This document shows, in pieces, positions 58,192-64,000 of a stretch of DNA of 64,000 nt. The position numbers and the translations under genes are program-made. The DNA comes from an uncultured Candidatus Actinomarina sp. (GTDB lineage: Bacteria > Actinomycetota > Acidimicrobiia > Actinomarinales > Actinomarinaceae), in the NCBI GenBank assembly GCA_902582695.1, contig CACHTH010000005.1:4955-68954 (forward strand). Reading direction: 5' to 3'. The first letter of the stretch is position 1, and each line of letters begins with the position of its first letter. The notes beneath the pieces are model-generated. The model was not told the origin of the DNA. It ran no database searches and was given only the letters and a program-made list of their open reading frames with translations.

Positions 58192-58737
58192 ATGGAAGAA
58201 TTTTTTAACAATATAAAAGAAAGCTTTAAAGAGGCAACTCTTGAGTTTGAAACAATCAATATAAAAATTGATTCAACAGAGTGGATTGATGTACATAAAA
58301 AACTTAGAGATGAATTTAATTTAAAATTTTTCTCTTGGCTCTCAGCAATAGATTGGGACAATGAAGTTTCTGTTGGCGAAGCACCAAAAGAGAGCGTTTC
58401 CCCTAGTTTTGAAATAATTACATGCCTGTCAGATTTAGACAATACTAACTTAGTTACTGTATCAACAAGTATTAGTAAATCAGAGCCAAATATTAACTCA
58501 CTTATTGATGTGTACGCTGGTGCAAATTGGCATGAAAGAGAAGCGTACGAAATGTTTGGTATAAATTTTGAAAATCATCCAAATCTTGAAAAACTTTATC
58601 TTCCTGATGGATATGAAGGAAATCCTATGCTGAAATCTTTTGAGTTAATAAGCAGAGAAGTTAAACCTTGGCCGGGAGATGTAGATGTTGAGGGAATGCC
58701 AGAAGAATCAGAAAGTGATGGATCAGTAGATGGTTAA
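58192..58737 (+). CDS. nuoC: NDH-1-type complex subunit C, second copy
   Basis: NWHEREAYEMFGINFENHPNLEKLYLPDGYEGNPMLK is present, followed by an acidic C-terminal tail. Length is 181 aa. Confidence 0.88.
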   Translation: MEEFFNNIKESFKEATLEFETINIKIDSTEWIDVHKKLRDEFNLKFFSWLSAIDWDNEVSVGEAPKESVSPSFEIITCLSDLDNTNLVTVSTSISKSEPNINSLIDVYAGANWHEREAYEMFGINFENHPNLEKLYLPDGYEGNPMLKSFELISREVKPWPGDVDVEGMPEESESDGSVDG

Positions 58738-59926
58738 TGCTTTAGATCCACAGAATATGAACAGTTTTTCAGAGGCTTCTGTATCAGTTGAAATTGAAAC
58801 TGAAGATATGACACTTAACATCGGACCTCAACATCCATCTACTCATGGAGTTTTAAGACTGGTAGCAAAAGTAGATGGTGAAAAAGTACATGATGTGAAA
58901 CCTGTTTTGGGCTATATGCATCGCGGATATGAAAAGCTCGCAGAAGTAAGATCCTATCCACAAATTACAACACTTGTAAATCGAATAGATTGGGTTGCAG
59001 GGTTTTCAAATGAGATTCCATTCATTGCTGGAGCTGAAAGATTAATGGAAATAGAAGTACCTGAAAGAGCGAAGCATATCAGACTAATTCTTACTGAGAT
59101 GGCCAGAATTTCTTCACATTTCGTCTTTAATGGTGCATACGCTCTTGAGGTTGGTGCACTAACCCCAATTTTTTATGCGATGGAAGACAGGGAACGAGTT
59201 TTAGATTTAATAGAGTCAGTAACTGGAGGACGATTTCATCCAAACTTTAATCGTATTGGAGGAGTAAAACCTGCAGCCGGAGCAGGGCCCACTTCGAAAA
59301 AAAATATTCAAGATTTACCTGCTGGATTTTATAGAGATACAAAAGTAGCCATGGAAAAAGTTATACAGGCAGCTGATCAATTTCAAAATTTAATCGGTGG
59401 AAATGAAGTTTTTAAGAAAAGAACCAAAAATGTAGGCGTTCTCACTGCAGAAACAGCAGAAGCTTATGGTGTTTCTGGCCCAATACTCAGGGCATCAGGA
59501 GTTAAGTCAGACTTAAGAACCCAGACAGATTACCTGCCATATGATCAATTTGATTATGATATTCCAGTCGGAGAAAATGGAGATTGTTACGACAGATGGG
59601 ATGTCAGAGTAAAAGAAATGGTTGAATCTGCAAAAATTGTTTTACAAGCAATCGACTCTATGCCATCTGGCCCACTACAAGCAAAGGTGCCCAAAGTTAT
59701 CAAAGTTCCCCAAGGACGTACCTATGTAAGAGCAGAAAATCCAAAAGGTGAAATGGGTTACTATATAGTCTCAGACGGTGGGTTAGGGCCTTACAGACTT
59801 AAAGTTCGTACAGCTTCGTTCAGCAATGTTTCTATTTTACCTATTATGCTTGAGGGGGCTTTACTCCCAGACTTAATTGCAATTATGGGAAGTTTAGACT
59901 TTGTTCTAGGAGATGTAGATAGATGA
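58730..59926 (+). CDS. nuoD: NDH-1-type complex subunit D, second copy
   Basis: NIGPQHPSTHGVLRL is present and the C-terminus ends LGDVDR. Length is 398 aa. Confidence 0.92.
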   Translation: MVNALDPQNMNSFSEASVSVEIETEDMTLNIGPQHPSTHGVLRLVAKVDGEKVHDVKPVLGYMHRGYEKLAEVRSYPQITTLVNRIDWVAGFSNEIPFIAGAERLMEIEVPERAKHIRLILTEMARISSHFVFNGAYALEVGALTPIFYAMEDRERVLDLIESVTGGRFHPNFNRIGGVKPAAGAGPTSKKNIQDLPAGFYRDTKVAMEKVIQAADQFQNLIGGNEVFKKRTKNVGVLTAETAEAYGVSGPILRASGVKSDLRTQTDYLPYDQFDYDIPVGENGDCYDRWDVRVKEMVESAKIVLQAIDSMPSGPLQAKVPKVIKVPQGRTYVRAENPKGEMGYYIVSDGGLGPYRLKVRTASFSNVSILPIMLEGALLPDLIAIMGSLDFVLGDVDR

Positions 59927-60894
59927 CAGAAGTTTTAGTCAAGGTTGGATTTCTTGCGATTGCTGCTTTGAACGGAGCAATTATATTCACAATAATGGAT
60001 GTAAAGGGTGCCTCATGGATGCAGCGAAGACCGGGTCCTTTACATGTAGGACTTAGAGGTTTCATATTTCCTCTTGCGGAAATACTTAAATTTGTTCAAA
60101 AAGAAGACATTATCCCTACAGAAGTTGATAGGCCCGTGTTTAAATGGGCACCTGCTTATGTTATGGTTTCTTGCGTCGCACTTTTTGCAGTAGTCCCAAT
60201 GAGCCCAACTTTGGTAGTAGCAGATTTAGAATTGGGTGTTTTCTTTGCACTTGCGATCAGCTCTTTGGGAACTATAGGAGTGCTAACTGCTGGATGGTCA
60301 TCAGCAAACAAATATTCCCTAATGGGTGGTTTGAGAGCTGCAGGACAGCTTATAGCTTATGAACTTCCGTTAATTCTTGCTGTTGTTGGAGTAGTTATTC
60401 AAGCTGAAACTATGTCACTAGTTGGAATAGTAGAAAAGCAAATTGAATGGGGAGTACCTTTTGTAGTTGGGGGACAGATTGTAGGATTCTTAATTTTCAT
60501 GGTTGCTGCAACAGCTGAAATGATGCGAGTACCGTTTGATATGCCAATTGGTGAATCAGAACTAACTATGGGTTTTATGACAGAATACTCTGGTATCAGG
60601 TTTCTTATATTTTATATTTCTGAATACATGAATATGTTTATTTTGTGTGCAATTGCTTCAACATTATTCCTTGGTGGTTACCATGTACCACTCCTTCCAA
60701 CTGAATGGGTAAACTTTTATGGACCAGTAGTTCTTTTGACAAAGACAGCTATTTTAGGTTTTATCTTGGTTGCAATAAGATGGTCCCAACCAAGATTCCG
60801 AGAAGATCAACTTCAAAATCTTGCATGGAAGATACTTATTCCTGCATCTTTAGTTAATATTCTTGTAACTGCAGTTATGAAGGTTGGATTTTAA
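59923..60894 (+). CDS. nuoH: NDH-1-type complex subunit H, second copy (directly follows subunit D)
   Basis: WMQRRPGP and TEYSGIRFLIFYISEYMNM are present. Length is 323 aa. An ATGA overlap with the nuoD copy leaves no room for nuoE, nuoF or nuoG. Confidence 0.92.
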   Translation: MTEVLVKVGFLAIAALNGAIIFTIMDVKGASWMQRRPGPLHVGLRGFIFPLAEILKFVQKEDIIPTEVDRPVFKWAPAYVMVSCVALFAVVPMSPTLVVADLELGVFFALAISSLGTIGVLTAGWSSANKYSLMGGLRAAGQLIAYELPLILAVVGVVIQAETMSLVGIVEKQIEWGVPFVVGGQIVGFLIFMVAATAEMMRVPFDMPIGESELTMGFMTEYSGIRFLIFYISEYMNMFILCAIASTLFLGGYHVPLLPTEWVNFYGPVVLLTKTAILGFILVAIRWSQPRFREDQLQNLAWKILIPASLVNILVTAVMKVGF

Positions 60895-61379
60895 TGAAAA
60901 CATTTAAACCAAAAGTGCCTGGATTTTTAATTGGAATAAAAATCGTAATTGTTAATATGTTAAAAACTTTGTCTCCTTTCCATTCAAAACCAAATGTAAA
61001 CTATCCGTTTGAAAAGGAGAAAGTTGCACCAAGAGCAAGGGGTGTGATCGCTTTAGATCAAGAAGCATGCACTAGTTGCATGCTTTGTGCCCGTCAATGC
61101 CCAGACTGGTGTATTTATATTGAGGGCCATAAAGAATTACAACCTCCATCTAAACCTGGGGGTAGGCAAAGAAGTAGAGCCGTTCTAGATAGGTTCGATA
61201 TTGATTATGCATTATGTATGTACTGTGGAATTTGTGTAGAAGTTTGTCCTTTTGATGCATTATTTTGGTCACCAGAATATGAATATTCTGAATTTAACAT
61301 GGGCGACATGTTGCACGACAAAGAACGTTTGGATGATTGGTTAAAAACTGTTCCAGAGGCTGAAGGTCTAGAAAGCTAA
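60894..61379 (+). CDS. nuoI: NDH-1-type complex subunit I, second copy
   Basis: CTSCMLCARQCP and CMYCGICVEVCP are present. Length is 161 aa. Confidence 0.9.
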   Translation: MKTFKPKVPGFLIGIKIVIVNMLKTLSPFHSKPNVNYPFEKEKVAPRARGVIALDQEACTSCMLCARQCPDWCIYIEGHKELQPPSKPGGRQRSRAVLDRFDIDYALCMYCGICVEVCPFDALFWSPEYEYSEFNMGDMLHDKERLDDWLKTVPEAEGLES

Positions 61380-61381
61380 AA

Positions 61382-61900
61382 ATGGAAATTTTTGAAATTG
61401 TAACTTATTTCGTTCTTCTTGCGCTTCTTTCAACTGCAATAAGGGTAGTTACAACCTCAAACGTTATTCATGCAGCTATTTCATTAGTTTTTACTTTGGC
61501 TTTAACGGCAATATTGTTTTTAATGTTGTCAACAGAGTTCGTAGCACTTGTGTTGGTTCTCGTTTATATTGGAGCAGTAATAGTTCTTTTCTTGTTCGGT
61601 ATTATGATTACACGTGCTCCCCTTGGCAAAAATGCAGAACTTGATAACGATAAAAATAAAAAATTGGGAGCAGCAATAGCTGGATCAATTTTTCTTCTAT
61701 TCTCATATATATTAATTAATGGTTTTGATGGCGATGTGACGATAACATCCGGTTCTTCAACGGAGCTATTAGGTGAAATACTACTTAGTAGATTTGTATT
61801 CCCATTTGAACTAGTGTCTTTTGTTTTACTCGCAGCTTTAATTGGAGGCATAACGCTTGCTAGGAAAGACGAAGCATTAATTGATGAGGATCAAGTATGA
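61382..61900 (+). CDS. nuoJ: NDH-1-type complex subunit J, second copy
   Basis: A TM protein with LVLVYIGAVIVLFLFGIMI. Length is 172 aa, in the expected operon position. Confidence 0.85.
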   Translation: MEIFEIVTYFVLLALLSTAIRVVTTSNVIHAAISLVFTLALTAILFLMLSTEFVALVLVLVYIGAVIVLFLFGIMITRAPLGKNAELDNDKNKKLGAAIAGSIFLLFSYILINGFDGDVTITSGSSTELLGEILLSRFVFPFELVSFVLLAALIGGITLARKDEALIDEDQV

Positions 61901-62202
61901 TTGTACAGCCTGTATTAGTTGTTGCAGCTGCTCTATTTTCTTTAGGTATTTATGGAATCTTAGTTAGAAGAAATGCCGTAATGGTTTTATTGTCAATTGA
62001 GTTAATTTTGAATTCTGTCAATATCAACTTTATTATATTTGATACCATGCTTGCAGATACATTGATGCAAGGACAAATTTTCACAATTTTTATTATTACA
62101 ATTGCTGCTGCTGAGGTTGGAATTGGTCTTGCGATTGTACTCATGTTGTTTAGAAATAGACAAACCGCAAACATTAATGAATTTGATTTAATGAAATGGT
62201 AA
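61897..62202 (+). CDS. nuoK: NDH-1-type complex subunit K, second copy
   Basis: A 3-TM protein with SIELILNSVNI and AAAEVGIGLAI. Length is 101 aa. Confidence 0.88.
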   Translation: MIVQPVLVVAAALFSLGIYGILVRRNAVMVLLSIELILNSVNINFIIFDTMLADTLMQGQIFTIFIITIAAAEVGIGLAIVLMLFRNRQTANINEFDLMKW

Positions 62203-64000
62203 AAACAAATATTAATTTATTCGCTGAGGGTGAGGTCGTCTACACAGATGGCGGCGTACTTGCAGAATTTGCTTGGGTCCTTGTAGTTCTTCCTTTTATA
62301 GCTGCACTAATAATTACTTTTGCTGGAAAGAGCCTTCCACTAAAGGGTGCTGAAATTGCATTAGGCACCATCGGAATAATTTTTATTTATAGCTTAGCTT
62401 TAATGTACCTTCATGTAACTGAAGGGGTTGCCAATGAATTTTTTATTAATGTTGGAAATATCGGACAATTTGATATTGAATTCGGTTGGGTAGTAGATGG
62501 TCTATCAATCATGATGTACTTTGTTGTTGGACTTGTTGCGCTTCTTGTATTTATTTATGCGACAAATTATATGGAAGGTGAAATAAGATATACATTTTTC
62601 TTCACGTCCTTGACTTTATTTGCAGGAAGTATGCTTGTATTAGTTTCTTCACCTACGTTAATCCAAATTTTAATTGGTTGGGAACTAGTTGGAGTCTGTT
62701 CGTATTTACTTATAGGGCATTACTGGGAAGTCAAGGATAACTCTTCAGCAGCTATGAAGGCTTTTATTACAAATAAGATTGCTGATGTGGGCTTAATGAT
62801 TGGAATAATAATTCTTGCTTTAAATACTGGCACTATGAGGATATCTGAAATTCTGTATCAAGCAACGCATGATTATCCAGCAATAAAAAATGTCGCATTT
62901 GTAGCCGGGGTATTGCTATTTATAGGTGCAATGGGTAAAAGCGCACAGTTTCCATTACATGTCTGGCTACCCGACGCAATGGCAGGCCCAACTCCAGTTT
63001 CAGCACTAATGCATGCTGCAACAATGGTCACTGCAGGAGTCTACTTATTAGCTAGAATGTTCCCTTTTTATCAAGGAATAGCAAATGAAGCATTAGACAT
63101 TGTAATGTTATTTGGAGTAATAACTCTTCTTACGGCTGGACTTATAGCAATTGTTCAAGATGATCTAAAGAAAGTTCTCGCATATTCAACTGTAAGTCAG
63201 CTTGGTTATATGGTTGCCGCAATTGGTTCTGGAGCGTACACTGCAGCACTCTTTCATTTGTGGACACATGCGTTTTTTAAAGCTCTATTATTTCTAGGGG
63301 CTGGATCAGTAATACATGCAGTACACAGTAATAGTATGTTAGAAATGGGTGGTTTGAGGAAAGTCATGCCAAAAACTTTTTCAACATTTATTATTGGAAC
63401 AGTAGCACTTGCCGGTTTACCACCATTCGCAGGTTTCTTTTCTAAGGATGAAATCCTTGCATCTTTTAATCATGAAGGTGAAACAACCTTTTTCTTTATA
63501 GCTGTATTAGGTGCTTTCATAACTGCTTTTTATATGACTAGAGCAGTTTGCCTTACTTTCTTAGGAGAGTACAGAGGTCACGGTCATCCACATGAGTCAG
63601 ATTCCATGATGACCACACCTTTAGTTGTACTGGCTGTATTTGCAGCAGCTTCTGGATGGGTTAATATTCCAGGGGTTTACACAGGCTTTACCAAATGGGT
63701 AACTACTCGTAAAAATCCTATTATTGAATATCACCCAGAAAGCTTCGACTTATTTGCTCTAGGACTCGGTTTAACTGCAGGATTGCTAGGGATAGGTCTA
63801 GGTTACTATTTATACCAACTTCAAGGAAGTGCTGAGACTGGAGACGACAAAATTAAAATCGAACCTATTTGGAAAGTATTAGAAAATAAATACTACATTG
63901 ATGATTTCTATTTCAAATTTATTATTGATCCAATCAAATTAAATATGGCTAAAGCAGTTGATGCATTTAACACAAATGTAATAGATAGATTTGTAAATGG
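62196..64000 (+). CDS. nuoL: NDH-1-type complex subunit L, second copy (3' end outside the window)
   Basis: Not in the ORF track because no stop is reached. ATG 62196 overlaps the nuoK stop. My hand translation gives GWELVGVCSYLLIGHYW and [37 protein letters not shown]. The frame is still open at 64000 (...IDRFVNG). Confidence 0.88.
   Translation, partial: MVKTNINLFAEGEVVYTDGGVLAEFAWVLVVLPFIAALIITFAGKSLPLKGAEIALGTIGIIFIYSLALMYLHVTEGVANEFFINVGNIGQFDIEFGWVVDGLSIMMYFVVGLVALLVFIYATNYMEGEIRYTFFFTSLTLFAGSMLVLVSSPTLIQILIGWELVGVCSYLLIGHYWEVKDNSSAAMKAFITNKIADVGLMIGIIILALNTGTMRISEILYQATHDYPAIKNVAFVAGVLLFIGAMGKSAQFPLHVWLPDAMAGPTPVSALMHAATMVTAGVYLLARMFPFYQGIANEALDIVMLFGVITLLTAGLIAIVQDDLKKVLAYSTVSQLGYMVAAIGSGAYTAALFHLWTHAFFKALLFLGAGSVIHAVHSNSMLEMGGLRKVMPKTFSTFIIGTVALAGLPPFAGFFSKDEILASFNHEGETTFFFIAVLGAFITAFYMTRAVCLTFLGEYRGHGHPHESDSMMTTPLVVLAVFAAASGWVNIPGVYTGFTKWVTTRKNPIIEYHPESFDLFALGLGLTAGLLGIGLGYYLYQLQGSAETGDDKIKIEPIWKVLENKYYIDDFYFKFIIDPIKLNMAKAVDAFNTNVIDRFVN

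Noticed and set aside
57337-64000. The second nuo cluster considered as a recent duplication or an assembly artefact of the first.
   Set aside because: The protein copies differ at roughly half of positions by eye. Gene content differs (no E, F or G) and the promoters differ, so these are genuine ancient paralogs.

Overview
The window is AT-rich (about one-third G+C by eye, not computed) and very gene-dense. Most genes are on the + strand, and many start/stop codons overlap by 4 or 8 nt (ATGA, TAATG). Gene order matches the conserved actinobacterial block known from Mycobacterium: folB-folK-panC-coaX-lysS-clpC1, then disA-carD-ispF-cysS-rlmB-like. panD, lsr2, radA and ispD are missing from their usual positions. 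I infer a genome-streamlined, low-GC planktonic actinobacterium (Actinomarinales- or acI-like); this is inference only.

Contents, in order:
- folate, pantothenate and CoA genes, then lysS and clpC
- a nucleoside salvage cluster (nucleoside hydrolase plus a BMP-family ABC importer)
- disA, carD, ispF, cysS and tRNA-Thr(UGU)
- a branched-chain amino-acid ABC importer
- a CvpA-CAP fusion protein and a MATE exporter
- rex, a geranylgeranyl-reductase-family gene, and a complete 14-gene nuoA-N operon preceded by a perfect Rex operator
- a small accessory-like stretch: TetR plus ABC-2 exporter, SRPBCC, Qor, Tdk, YbaN
- a DtxR-family regulator and an Fe(3+)-type ABC importer
- a heliorhodopsin gene
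- a DUF4349-like lipoprotein and an alkaline-phosphatase-superfamily enzyme
- a second, divergent NDH-1-type operon (nuoABCD-HIJKL, running off the window) that lacks the NADH-oxidising nuoEFG module

I saw no transposase, integrase, CRISPR array, rRNA or obvious pseudogene.

The most notable items are the heliorhodopsin (a retinal protein family whose physiological role is unresolved) with its tight neighbourhood, and the nearby EFG-less complex-I-like operon whose electron donor is unknown. Several sub-60-aa membrane micro-ORFs missing from the ORF track, and candidate operators, are also flagged.
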